The translations under genes were made by a program, and so were the position numbers. From contig JASGHJ010000002.1 of assembly GCA_047602405.1 (NCBI GenBank), positions 672,001 to 736,000 of the forward strand: a stretch of DNA of 64,000 bases. Direction: 5' to 3'. This DNA comes from Anaeromyxobacteraceae bacterium (GTDB lineage: Bacteria > Myxococcota > Myxococcia > Myxococcales > Anaeromyxobacteraceae). The notes beneath the pieces are model-generated. The model saw only the letters and a program-made list of their open reading frames with translations, had not been told where the DNA came from and did not search any database. Of the stretch, positions 46,581-62,024 are shown piece by piece (positions within the stretch are counted from its first letter, which is position 1; each line of letters begins with the position of its first letter).

Positions 46581-47152
46581 GGCGTCACCTCCCGCGTCGC
46601 GGCGAGGACGGCGGCGCGCTCCGGGGCGGAGAGGGCGGGGAGGAGGAGCTCGAGCCAGGCCTGGCCGCGCTCGGGCGGGGTGGCGGCGCGGATGCGCGCG
46701 AGGACGCTGCGGAGCTCGTCGTCGGTGCGGTGGGCCCACAGCGCGCGGTTGGCGTCGGCCTCCTCGCTCGCCATGTGCCGGAGCTGCTCGGCGGTGAGCG
46801 CCAGCAGGCGGTCGTGCAGGCGGGCGCCGGCGGCGACCCGCGCGGCGCCGTCCGCGAGGCGCAGCCGCGCCACCCAGCCCCGCACCTCCTGCTGGACGCT
46901 CGACACGCGGCCGTGGTCGGCGGCGACGGCGGCGTGGAGCTCCGGGGCGATGGCGGCGAGCTCGGGCATGATCTGCCGCTCCTCGTGCTCCGCGTGCTCG
47001 TCCAGCCAGCCGAGGAGCGCGTCGGCCGACGCGGCGAGGCGCGCGGCCTCGCCGGCGTCGGCGAAGTCGGTGCGCGCCGCGAGCGCGGCGGTCTCGAAGA
47101 GCAGGGCCCGGAGCGCCTTGTGCGCCAGCCCGTAGACGTCGACCCGGTTCAT
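46577..47152 (-). CDS. Hemerythrin-like (HHE) domain protein
   Basis: HKALR, HAEHEE, DH, HMASEE pattern; GGAGG RBS before ATG 47152. Confidence 0.85.
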   Translation of the reverse strand: MNRVDVYGLAHKALRALLFETAALAARTDFADAGEAARLAASADALLGWLDEHAEHEERQIMPELAAIAPELHAAVAADHGRVSSVQQEVRGWVARLRLADGAARVAAGARLHDRLLALTAEQLRHMASEEADANRALWAHRTDDELRSVLARIRAATPPERGQAWLELLLPALSAPERAAVLAATREVTP

Positions 47153-47206
47153 GCGCGCCTCCGTACGTCGTGCATGACGGGATGATTTCAACTTCCGCGA
47201 GGCGCC

Positions 47207-47272
47207 GTTCCTAAGTGTTCGCTGGGTGGATCGTGAGAGTTCGCTCACGACTTCCTAAGCACTCCCTAAGGC
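47207..47272. promoter_or_regulatory. Array of six degenerate 11-bp direct repeats upstream of the hemerythrin-cytochrome operon
   Basis: gttcCTAAGtg / ttcgCTGGGtg / gatcGTGAGag / ttcgCTCACga / cttcCTAAGca / ctccCTAAGgc; includes the inverted repeat TCGTGAG-N6-CTCACGA (47231-47250). Confidence 0.62.
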
Positions 47273-47336
47273 CTTCCCGCGCGGGGCGTGGAGGGCGTCC
47301 CCGGCCGCTGGTAGCCTCGACCGGACTCCCCCGGAG

Positions 47337-47783
47337 GTGCCCGTGACGCCGCTCCGAGCCGCCCTCGCCCTGACCGCCCTCGCGCTCGCCACCGCGGCGG
47401 CGCCCGCCCGCGCGGGCACCGCGATCGGCCTGGGCGCCGACTGGTGGACCAATCCCTCGGTCGGCGCGCTCGAGCTGACGCTCGCGGCGGACCGGCCGGT
47501 CGCGCGCGGCCTCGCGATCGGGGGCCGGATCGGCGCGCTGCTCGCCACCGACGGCGTCGGGCCGGGCGTGCCGATCGATCTCAGGCTCCGCCTGCGCGGC
47601 GAGCGGCTCTACGTGGACGGCCTGGTCGGCCCGTGGGTCTTCTTCGACGACGGCGACGCCGTCCGGATGCACGCGGCGATCGGGTTCGGGCTCCTGCAGC
47701 GAGGCGGGCTCTCGGTCGGCCTCGAGGTCGGCTGGGTGAACCCGACGGCGACCGTCGGCATCCGCCTGGCCTGGGCCATCTAA
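47337..47783 (+). CDS. Small outer-membrane beta-barrel-like protein
   Basis: Signal peptide followed by about 8 amphipathic strands; ends in VGIRLAWAI. Confidence 0.65.
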   Translation: MPVTPLRAALALTALALATAAAPARAGTAIGLGADWWTNPSVGALELTLAADRPVARGLAIGGRIGALLATDGVGPGVPIDLRLRLRGERLYVDGLVGPWVFFDDGDAVRMHAAIGFGLLQRGGLSVGLEVGWVNPTATVGIRLAWAI

Positions 47784-48950
47784 CCCTGCTTCCGGAGCCT
47801 CTTCAGCGCCGCCCGCGCGAGGTCGCCGTCGCCGCACCGGCCCGCCGGCCACAGCGCGCGGCCGAGCCGCGCGAGCGCGTCGTGCGGCACCTCGGGCTCG
47901 TCGGCGGCGAGCGCCTCGAGCGGCCCCTGGGCCTCGGGCGAGCCCGAGGCGGCGAGCGCCTTCGCGGCGAGGCGGCGCCGCTCGCAGGCGGGGGAGTGCG
48001 CCTGCCGGGTGAGCCACTCGAGCGCGGTGGGGCTCCCGTCGGCGAGCGCGCGCGACCAGGCCTCGAACGAGGCGACGAGCTCGTGGCCGCCGGTCGGCAC
48101 CCGGGCGGCCTCGAGCTTGCGCTCCGCGGCGCGCACGTCGGCGTCCTCGAGCCCGCGGTCCACCGCCAGCGCGCCGAGGAGCAGCTCGGCCTCCTCGAGC
48201 TTCCCGTCCTGCACGAGCTCGTCGAAGCTCGGGCGGACGTGCTGCCAGACGAGGAGCGCGGTCGCGAGGCCGAGCAGCACGAGGAGCGCCGCGAGCGGCC
48301 AGCGCGGGCGGGTCTCGCGGACCGGCCCGGCGGCGATCCGGCGCGCGAGCTCCTCCGGATCCGGCGGGGCGAGCCCGTTCACGAGCGCGAGCCCCTGGTT
48401 CGCGTAGGGCGGGTCGTCGGGCCGGTCGCGGCGCGCGACGCGGAAGAGCCGCACCGCCTCCGGGAACCCCTTGAGCGAGCGCGAGCCCAGGTCCTCGAGC
48501 TCGACGCGCGAGCGATCCATGACCCACCAGACCGACTCGGAGAGCCAGACCTCGCCCGACTCCGCCTCGCCCTCGATGCGCGAGGCGAGGTTCACCGCCT
48601 CGCCGAAGACGTCGTCCACGCCGGCGGTCCGGACGAGGCGCACCTCGCCGAGCGCGACCGCCACCCGCACCTCGATGCGCTGGCTCTCCGGCACGCGGCG
48701 GGCGTACTCCCAGAGCCGGTCCTGGATCGCCGTGCCGCAGAGGATCGCCTCGGTCGGCGCCTCGAAGAGCACGAGGTAGGAGTCGCCGATGCCTCTTCAC
48801 CCGGCGCCCGCGGAACGCCCGGATCACCGGGGAGAGCAGGGCGTCGTGGAGGGCCAGCATGCGCGCGGTCTCCTCGCGCGTCTGGCGGCTCGTCGCCGCC
48901 GTGAAGCCCTTCATGTCCGTGAGCAGGACGACCCGGTTCTCCGAGAGCAT
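47780..48950 (-). CDS. Class III adenylate cyclase with TM and C-terminal external domain; +1 frameshift ~48792
   Basis: LLTDMKGFT, VK|SIGDSYL (after removing one G), VRVAVALGEV, DVFGEAVNLASRIE, LKG. Confidence 0.85.
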
Positions 48951-48960
48951 GGCGAGCGCC

Positions 48961-50856
48961 TCAGGAGAGCGGCCGGATGAGCGCGGCGCGGTGGACGGGG
49001 ACCCGGGCCCGGGCCGCCTCGCGCGCGCGGCCGACGCCGAAGAGGCCGCGCTCGAGCCAGAGCGGCGGGGTGCGGTGGCTCCAGCCGAAGAAGCGCACCG
49101 CGAGGAGGAGGCCCTGCGTGCCGAGCAGGGCGAGGTCCACGAGGCGGAGGGCGCCGATCGCGAGGGCCGCCCAGGCCACCCGGAAGGTCGCGCGCACGCG
49201 CCCCTCGGCGGCGGCGTCGCCGATGGAGGAGAGCCCGTCGGCGAGCGGGGCGATCGCCCGGGTCACCCGCTCCGACGCCTCCACCCGCTCCGCCTCGCGG
49301 CCGCCGTACGGCCACGGGCCGGCCTGCCGCTCGACGCGGTAGAGGGGCAGCGCCTCCTGGCCCTGCCCGAGCTCGAGCGGCGGCAGGGCCTCGAGGTGGA
49401 CCTCGCCGCGGCTCATCGAGAGGTACACGCTGCGCGTGACCCGGATCTCGCCGGGCTCGGTGAGCCGCCGCACCGCGCCGCCCACCGCGAGCGGCTCGCC
49501 CACGAGGTCGCCCTTCTCCTCGCGCGTCTCGCCCAGGTGCACGGCGACCTTGAGGGCCAGGCGGTCGCCGCCGCCGGCCACGTTCCGCGCGGCGAGGCGG
49601 TCCTGGATCGCCATCGCGCAGAGCACGGCGTTCGTCGGCGAGGGGAACGCCGCGACGAGGGTCTCGTCCTTCGACTTGATCCGGCGCCCGTGGTAGGCGC
49701 GGATGGCCGGGAGGACGAGGTGGTCGTGCTCGGTGAGGAGCCCGGCGACCTCCTCCCTGCCGCGGGTCCTCGAGAGCGTCCCCCAGTCGGCGATCTCGGT
49801 GAGGAGCAGGGTCAGGTTGAGGGCGCGCGGCGCGCTCGAGGAGACCGGGCGGAGCAGGCCGGAGATCGAGGTCTCCCGCGAGGGCGTGCGCTGGAGCGGG
49901 ATCACCGGTCCGCTCTGGGGCTTGCGGCCCGCGCCGCCGGGGCGGCCCTCGAGCACCTCGAGCAGCTCCGCGGCGCTCTGGGCCCGCAGGTTGCGGTCCT
50001 TCTCGCAGGCGCGGTTCACGAAGCGCAGGAGGGCCGGGTGCGCGACGAGCTCGGGCAGCTCGCGGACGGGCGAGGGCACCGGGTCGAACGCGTGCGCGCG
50101 CAGGAGCCCGCGGGCGTCGTTCGTGGGGAAGGGGTGGCGGCCGGTGAGCATCAGGTACGCGATGATGCCGGCGCTGTAGAGGTCCGCCCGGTGGTCGACG
50201 TCGCCGCCCACCGCCTGCTCGGGCGAGAGGTACTGCGGCGTGCCCATCACGAGGCCGGCCTGGGTCCGCTCGGTGCCGCCCATCGGGCCCGAGACCTTCG
50301 CGATGCCGAAGTCGAGGATCTTGAGCCGGAGGCGCCCGTCGTCCGGCACGAGCCACAGGTTCTCCGGCTTGAGATCCCGGTGGACGATGCCGGCCCGGTG
50401 GGCGGCGTCGAGGCCGCGCATGAGCTGGCGCAGGAGCCGCCCCACCTCCTCCGGGACCATCCGGCCCTCGCGGCGCACCCGCTCCTTGAGCGACTCGCCC
50501 TCGAGGAGCTCCATCACGAGGTAGAGCGCGCCGCTCTTCGTCGTCTGGCCGAAGTCGAGGACGTCCACGACGTAGGGCGACTTCAGGCGCACCGCGATCT
50601 GCGCCTCGCGGCGGAAGCGCTCGGTCTCGAGCGGGCTGTGCGAGATCTCCGGGTGCAGGAGCTTCACGGCCACGGCCTTGTGGATGCGCAGGTGGTCCGC
50701 GCGCCACACCGTGCCCATCCCGCCCTCGCCGAGGAGCACGTCGAGCCGGTAGCGGCCCTCGAGCACGTCGCCGGCCCCGAACTTCCCCGGGACGGGCTCG
50801 CCGTCCGGGTCGGTCGTGGGGTCCTCGTCGGCGATGTGGAGGGTCTTGTCGGTCAT
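48961..50856 (-). CDS. Ser/Thr protein kinase fused to a degenerate class III cyclase domain
   Basis: GEGGMG, VAVK, HRDLKPEN, DFG, GTPQYLSPEQ; the C-terminal cyclase fold lacks catalytic residues. Confidence 0.9.
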   Translation of the reverse strand: MTDKTLHIADEDPTTDPDGEPVPGKFGAGDVLEGRYRLDVLLGEGGMGTVWRADHLRIHKAVAVKLLHPEISHSPLETERFRREAQIAVRLKSPYVVDVLDFGQTTKSGALYLVMELLEGESLKERVRREGRMVPEEVGRLLRQLMRGLDAAHRAGIVHRDLKPENLWLVPDDGRLRLKILDFGIAKVSGPMGGTERTQAGLVMGTPQYLSPEQAVGGDVDHRADLYSAGIIAYLMLTGRHPFPTNDARGLLRAHAFDPVPSPVRELPELVAHPALLRFVNRACEKDRNLRAQSAAELLEVLEGRPGGAGRKPQSGPVIPLQRTPSRETSISGLLRPVSSSAPRALNLTLLLTEIADWGTLSRTRGREEVAGLLTEHDHLVLPAIRAYHGRRIKSKDETLVAAFPSPTNAVLCAMAIQDRLAARNVAGGGDRLALKVAVHLGETREEKGDLVGEPLAVGGAVRRLTEPGEIRVTRSVYLSMSRGEVHLEALPPLELGQGQEALPLYRVERQAGPWPYGGREAERVEASERVTRAIAPLADGLSSIGDAAAEGRVRATFRVAWAALAIGALRLVDLALLGTQGLLLAVRFFGWSHRTPPLWLERGLFGVGRAREAARARVPVHRAALIRPLS

Positions 50857-50932
50857 CCGCCGCCCGCCCGGCGCACGCCGGACGGGGATGGCTCACAACG
50901 TACCGGAAAGCCCGGGCTCGGGGCTAGTTCGG

Positions 50933-53105
50933 CTACGGAGCAGGCGGAGGCGGCGGCGGTGGCGTCGCGCAGACACCGGACTGACAGACCTTGGCCGGGT
51001 CGCCGATGTCGCAGGCCAGCCCCTCGTTCGTGCCCACGGCTCCGTCGACGCACGCGGGCGCGGTGCCCGCGCAGGAGAATCACGCCCGCGAGGCAGAAGC
51101 TCGGGTTGCCCGTGCAGGGGGTCCCCTCGTTGCAGACGCACGTGCCGGAGCCGTTGCAGGTCGACCCGAGGCCGCAGCTCGTGTCGGCGGCCTTGGGCGC
51201 TCCGTCGACGCAGATGGGCGTGCCGCTTCCGCACTCCCACGCCGCGTCGAGGCAGAGGTTCGGGCTCGTGCAGGCGTCACCCTGCGCGCAGGCGATGCAG
51301 GTGCCGGCGCCGTCGCAGACGTGGCCCGAGCCGCAGGCCGTGCCGCCGGCGCGAGGGGTCGCCGTGTCGGTGCAGACCGGCGCGCCGGAGCCGCACTGCA
51401 CGAACGACTGGAGGCACGCGCTCGGCGCGGGGTTCGTGCAGCCCTCGCCCTGGACGCACGCCACGCAGACGCCCGCCGGAGGGCTGCACACCGACACGCC
51501 GTCGGCGCAGGTCGTGCCGACCTTCACGGTGTCGTCGCGGCAGGTCTGGACGCCGGTCGCGCAGGAGGTCTTGCCGGTGTGGCAAGCCGGGTCGGGGTTG
51601 GTCTGGCAGTCGAGGCCGGCCGCGCACGCCACGCAGGTGCCCGCGGGGCCGCAGACCTGATCGGTGCCGCAGGTCGTCCCGAGCTTCACCGCGCCGTCGA
51701 CGCAGGCCTGGAGGCCGGTCGAGCACGAGGTCACGCCGTCGTGGCAGACCGGGTCCGGGTTGGTCGCGCAGGAGGCGCCGGCGGTGCAGGCGGTGCACGT
51801 GCCCGCGGGGCTGCACACGAGGCCGCCGCCGCACGCCGTGCCCGCGACGAAGGCCGCCCCGTCGACGCAGGCCTGGGCGCCGGTCGCGCAGCTCGTCACG
51901 CCCGCGTGGCAGAGGTTTTCGGGGTTGCTGCCGGTGCAGTCGAGCCCCGCCGTGCAGGCCACGCAGGCGCCGCTGCCGTTGCACACCTGGTTCGTGCCGC
52001 ACGCCTTCCCGGCGGCGCTCGGCGTCGCCGTGTCGGCGCAGACCGGTCTGCCGGTCGCGCAGGAGACGGCGCCCGCCACGCACAGGTTTCCGTTCGTCTG
52101 GCAGGCGACCCCCGGCGTGCACGAGACGAGGTCGAGGTGCATCGAGACCGCGCCCTGCGCGCCGCAGTCGACCTGGTAGGTGCCGAGCACCTGGTCCGCG
52201 GTGATCGTGGGCGTCCCCACCCAGCCGCGCGTGCAGCCGATCCCCGAGACGCCGACGGTGTCGATCGCGAAGGAGGTGGTCGTGCTCGCCACGCTCCCGC
52301 CGGTGCAGGCGAGCTGCCAGAGGCCCGACAGGCCGAGCTCGAGCTTCGTCGGCGACGCCGCGAGCGTCGCGACGTTCGTCTTGAGCGTCCACGTCGGCGC
52401 GATCGCGTTGCAGCTGCCGCCCGCGTACGCGACCGGCTCGGTGAGGAGCAGCGAGCCGCCCCCGAGGTAGTAGGAGAGGGCCGCGTCGCCGCCGGCGTAG
52501 GAGAGCGTCAGGGCGCCGGTCGCGGTGACCGGGATGTCCATCGTGGAGACCACCGTCACGAAGCCGTTGAGGTCGCGCGAGGTCGTCGCGGTCTGCAGCG
52601 CCCAGTCGCTGAAGTGGTCGACCGGCGTCGAGAGGGCGGGCGGGGCGGGGACGCGGGTTGCCCCCGCGGTCCGCAGCCAGTACGCCGCCCCCGTGCCGTC
52701 GCCCTGCGTGGCGATCGCGAGGTCGTTCACCGAGGTGGTGACGGAGGCCGGGACCGCGAAGGTGAGCGTGACCGGCGCCGCGAGCTCGAGCCCGGCCGGC
52801 GCGAGGCGGTAGGCGTTGCCGATGCCGCCCGGGGCGGTGTTGGTGATCTCGGTGATCGTGAAGTCCGTGTCGGCGGCGACGGCGCCGGCGGGGACTTCGA
52901 CCGTGAGCACGCCATCGGGGGAGGTGACCGAACCGCCCGCGGCGCCGATGACGAGGCTCGCGGCCCGCCCGGTGGGGACGCCGCGGGGCGAGGGCTGCGG
53001 TCCGCCGGCGGACGTGGCCTTGCCTCCGCCGCAAGCCGACAGCGTCATCCCCACGACGAGGGAAAGCGCTGCCGCGCAGCGCACCGACGGGCGATACCGG
53101 GTCAT
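50933..53105 (-). CDS. Lipoprotein with ZU5-like domain and seven 8-Cys repeats; +1 frameshift ~51078
   Basis: Lipobox LSAC; IGAAGGSVTSPDG..VPAGA..L.P.G...APVTL..HFS; ~55-aa Cys repeats. Removing one T gives ...SCAGTAPACVDG...VCATPPPPPPAP* at 50933. Confidence 0.82.
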
Positions 53106-53209
53106 GAGGACCCGAGGCTAGCACGGGTCACACCTGGGGTGTTCGCAGGTGCCGGCGACGGGTGTGGCGCGTTGTCGCATGCCCGACGACGCGGCGCGCG
53201 GTGGCTGGC

Positions 53210-53656
53210 TCAGGCCACGCCGGCCGCGGCGAGCAGGGCGTCGAGCGACGCGAGGGCGGGGATCGCGTCCTGGGCGTTCAGACCGATGGTGAACTCGAGC
53301 CGGTGGAGCACCGCGTCGGGATCCCGCAGCTCGCAGCGCGCGTCGAGGTGGCCGAAGCCGTCGCCGAAGAGGCGCACCGCGAGCCAGCCGTCCTCGGTCT
53401 CGAGCGCGGCGCGCCCGCGGGGATCGGCGGGGAGCGCGGCGAGGGCCTCGCGGAAGCGGCGCAGCTCGGAGGCGAGGACGCTCGCGGCGGCCTCGGCGCG
53501 GAAGACGCCCGCCGCCACGGCGACGCGCAGCGGCACCCACGGGTCGCCGGGCTCCGGGCCCTCCTCCGCCGGCCCGGCCTCGAGGCGCAGGTGATCGCCC
53601 TCGGGGTCGCCGAGGACGAGGCAGGCGGCGGCGCTTTCATCCTCGACGCGGACCAC
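53210..53656 (-). CDS. Hypothetical protein (possibly WapI-like immunity fold)
   Basis: GTG 53656; fills the gap; weak pattern W.P.RV.V..GVFRAE...EL..F...L. Confidence 0.55.
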   Translation of the reverse strand: MVRVEDESAAACLVLGDPEGDHLRLEAGPAEEGPEPGDPWVPLRVAVAAGVFRAEAAASVLASELRRFREALAALPADPRGRAALETEDGWLAVRLFGDGFGHLDARCELRDPDAVLHRLEFTIGLNAQDAIPALASLDALLAAAGVA

Positions 53657-53697
53657 GGCGCACGTTAACACTCGGAGGCCCTTTCTCGGGAGGAACC

Positions 53698-54183
53698 ATG
53701 ACCAGCGCGCCGTTCGCCGACGTCCTGAAGCGGTTTCCCCTGGGGGTCAGCGTCATGACCGTGGGGCGCGGGGGCGCGGTGAACGCGCTCACCGTGTCCT
53801 GGGCGACCCCCGTCTCGTTCGAGCCCCCGCGCTTCCTCGTGGCGCTCGACCGCCTGCACTACAGCCTCGACTTCCTGCGCTCGACGCGGAACTTCGCGCT
53901 CAACGTGCTGCGCGAGGGGCAGGAGCGGATCGCCGGCCACTTCGCGCGCCAGGCGATGTCGACCGAGGAGAAGCTCGACGACGTGAAGACGCACGAGGCG
54001 ACCACCGGGGCCGCCATCCTCGACGACGCCATCGCCTGGTTCGACTGCGAGGTCGTCTCGCTCCTCGAGTGCGGCGATCACGTGCTCGTCATCGGCGACG
54101 TCGTCGACGCGGGCGCCAAGGGGGACGGGGCGCCGCTCGTCAGCACGGCCGGCGCCGGCCTGCGGTACCTCAAGGCCCGCTGA
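53698..54183 (+). CDS. Flavin reductase-like protein
   Basis: RFPLGVSVMT, PVSFEPP, FALNVL, AWFDCEV, GDH; GGAGG RBS. Confidence 0.9.
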   Translation: MTSAPFADVLKRFPLGVSVMTVGRGGAVNALTVSWATPVSFEPPRFLVALDRLHYSLDFLRSTRNFALNVLREGQERIAGHFARQAMSTEEKLDDVKTHEATTGAAILDDAIAWFDCEVVSLLECGDHVLVIGDVVDAGAKGDGAPLVSTAGAGLRYLKAR

Positions 54184-54282
54184 GACTCCCGGCCCTCGAC
54201 GCTCCGCGCCAATCGAAAACGGACCTTCCGCGGCGGAGGGGGGACTAGACTCACGCCCCTTTTCGAGACGGAGGCGGTCGAG

Positions 54283-59543
<5,261 letters not shown>

Positions 59544-59547
<4 letters not shown>

Positions 59548-59969
59548 CGCAGCGGGCTCGAGGCGAAGGCCGCCACGACGTCGTCGGTGTACGACGACAC
59601 GAGCGCGGCCGCCTCGGGGCCGCAGTCGCCGAGCGCGCGGGCGGAGTCCGCCTCGAGCGCGCACGCGAGCGTGTCGGGCGCCCAGGCGCCGCAGCCGCGC
59701 TCGAGCTCGGGCCGGTGGAGGGCCTTCCACTCCACCGCCCGGGCGCGGGCGCGGGCCTCGGCCGGCGCGGTGCTCGCGCCGTCGCGCGCGGCCGCGTAGC
59801 GGCGCATGCCCTCGAGGTACTCGTCGAGGGCCCGGTCCAGCACGGCCGAGGCGCGCGCAGAGAGCGCCGGGCAGCGCGCGTCGCCGCGCGCCCCCGCGCC
59901 GGCGGGGCGCTGGGCGCCCGCGCAGGCGGCGAGCGCGAGGAGCGCGGCGGCGGGGAGCGCCCGGCGCAT
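59544..59969 (-). CDS. Hypothetical Cys-containing lipoprotein
   Basis: Lipobox LAAC, four further Cys. Confidence 0.7.
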
Positions 59970-59972
59970 GGG

Positions 59973-60572
59973 CTACTTCTTCGGCGGGGCCGGCTTCTTG
60001 TCGGCCGGGGCGGGCGCGCCGCCCATCGGCGGGTGGCCGGCGGGCATGCCCGGCATGGCCTCCGGCTTCTTCGCGCCCGGGGGCGACTTCGCGAGCGCGC
60101 CGAGCTTCGTCATGATCTCGGGCATCTTCTCGCGCAGCTGCGCCATCGTGGCGGCGTTCGCCTTCTCGGCGACGCTGCCCGAGGTGGCCATCCACTTCGA
60201 GCCGCTCGGCGACTTGAAGAACGCGAGCACGTCCTTGAGCTCGGCGTCGCTGTACGCCGCGGCGAGCTCCTTCGTGTGCAGCGCGACCATCGACTCGTAG
60301 GGGAACGCCTTCTCGACCTCGGCGCGGACCTGCTTCTGGAAGTCGGCGGGCCACTCGAGCTTCGAGCCCGGGTGCGACTGCATCCGGGCCTGCGTGTCCT
60401 GCGCGAGGCCGTCCACCCAGGACGTCCAGAGCTGCTTCGAGATCGTGTGGTGCGCGACCTCGCCGGCGAGCGCCGCGTCGGCGGCGAGCGCGGGCGCGGC
60501 GAACAGCAGGGCGGCGGCGGCGGCGAACGTGCTGAGCTGCTGCGAGACATGCTTCTGCGAAACACGGGTCAC
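59973..60572 (-). CDS. DUF2059-like exported protein
   Basis: Signal peptide; YSDAELKDVLAFFKSPSGSK. Confidence 0.78.
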   Translation of the reverse strand: MTRVSQKHVSQQLSTFAAAAALLFAAPALAADAALAGEVAHHTISKQLWTSWVDGLAQDTQARMQSHPGSKLEWPADFQKQVRAEVEKAFPYESMVALHTKELAAAYSDAELKDVLAFFKSPSGSKWMATSGSVAEKANAATMAQLREKMPEIMTKLGALAKSPPGAKKPEAMPGMPAGHPPMGGAPAPADKKPAPPKK

Positions 60573-60700
60573 GCGGGTTCTCCCGGAGAAAGGGCGCGCA
60601 ACGTAGCACGGAACGAGGACCCGGTTCCCGCCGGCCCGCGCTGCACTGCGTCGGTCGGTGCCCCTCGCGCACGGGACGCGGATCCGGTACAGATCGTCGC

Positions 60701-61168
60701 ATGCCCTATCTCGTCCGTTTCGCGTCGAGGCCCGAGGACCTCGACAGCGCGTTCGCGCTCCGCCGGCACGTGTTCGAGGTGGAGAAGAGCGTCCCCCGGC
60801 CGATGTTCCCGGACAGCTTCGACAGCATCGCCGACCACGCGGTGGCGTACGGCCCCGACGGCCGCTGCGTCGGCACCGGCCGGGCGTACCGGCTCGACGC
60901 CCGGACCTTCCGGATCGGCCGGCAGGTCGTGGCCCCCGACGTGCGGGGCGCGGGCGTGGGCTCCGCGCTCCTCGAGGCCCTCGAGCGGATCGCCGAGCTG
61001 CGCGGCGTGCGCGAGCTCGTCGTGCACGCGCAGCTCGCCGCCGAGCCCTGGTATGTGAAGCGCGGCTACGAGGCGGAGGGCTCGGTCTTCGACGAGGCCG
61101 GCACGACGCGCCGCCGCCTGCGCAAGGTGATCACCCCGCACCCGCTGGAGTGGGACGGGACGCACTGA
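60701..61168 (+). CDS. GNAT acetyltransferase (ElaA/YjcF-like)
   Basis: LRRHVFEVE, IGRQVV...RGAGVG, HAQ, WY.KRGY. Confidence 0.88.
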   Translation: MPYLVRFASRPEDLDSAFALRRHVFEVEKSVPRPMFPDSFDSIADHAVAYGPDGRCVGTGRAYRLDARTFRIGRQVVAPDVRGAGVGSALLEALERIAELRGVRELVVHAQLAAEPWYVKRGYEAEGSVFDEAGTTRRRLRKVITPHPLEWDGTH

Positions 61169-61907
61169 CCGGGCCCTCCGCGGCGAGCCGGTCCCAGAGG
61201 CGCCGGCGCGCGGCGCCGCGCCGCGCGTGCAGCAGGCCCATCGCCGGGCCGATGAGGCAGTAGACGAGCCCCGCCCACGCGACGCGTGCGCCCGCCGCCA
61301 CCAGCGCGGCCGAGGCGGCGGCGACCGCGACGAGCACGCCCTGCGCGAGCAGCTCGGTCACCGTGTCGTGGCGCTCGAGCGGCGTGAGCGCGAGCACCTC
61401 CGCCTGCCGGAGCGCGTTGGCGTACAGGAGCGCGAACGTGATCGCGATGGCCGCGAACCCGGCCGCGTACACGTACATGAGCGTCGAGAGCTGCCCCGGG
61501 CGGATCACGACGAGGTCCCGCAGCGCGGCGGGGACCACCCCCACGAACTCCCAGCCCAGGAGCGTGAAGAGGAACTTGAGCGGGTAGACGTAGGCGAGCA
61601 CCACGAAGAGCAGGACCGAGTTGAGCAGCACGGTCCAGCCGTCGTCGAGCGCGTAGCGGCGGAAGAACCGGCGGTGCTCGAGCCAGATCTGCAGGAACAG
61701 GGCGAAGCAGATCGCGAACGGCACGAGCCCGCCGAGCGCGTCGGAGAGCTCGTCGAAGGTGCGCGGCGGCTGCAGCGACACCACGAGCAGGGTGAGCGCG
61801 AAGCCGAAGACGGCGTCGCTGAAGCCCTCCAGGCGCGACACCCCGTGGGCGCGCAGGCGGAACGGCGGAGCGGGGACGACGGTCGCGCCCTCGATGTGGC
61901 GTGGCAT
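61131..61907 (-). CDS. TMEM175-family potassium channel
   Basis: [24 protein letters not shown]; six TM segments. Confidence 0.87.
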   Translation of the reverse strand: MPRHIEGATVVPAPPFRLRAHGVSRLEGFSDAVFGFALTLLVVSLQPPRTFDELSDALGGLVPFAICFALFLQIWLEHRRFFRRYALDDGWTVLLNSVLLFVVLAYVYPLKFLFTLLGWEFVGVVPAALRDLVVIRPGQLSTLMYVYAAGFAAIAITFALLYANALRQAEVLALTPLERHDTVTELLAQGVLVAVAAASAALVAAGARVAWAGLVYCLIGPAMGLLHARRGAARRRLWDRLAAEGPVSASRPTPAGAG

Positions 61908-62024
61908 GCGCTCCTCCGGAGGTGGATCTCCCCGTTCATGCCCCGGCCCCGGGCGCCGCGCAACCGCCCGGATTAGGCATCGGGGCGGGCGGCCGTCGCC
62001 GCCAGTTCGGGGAGGTCGATCGCG

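Noticed and set aside
51000..52120. Repetitive DNA suggesting a CRISPR array or VNTR
   Set aside because: The repeats are degenerate and in frame, explained by the Cys-rich protein repeats; there is no repeat-spacer structure and no cas genes.
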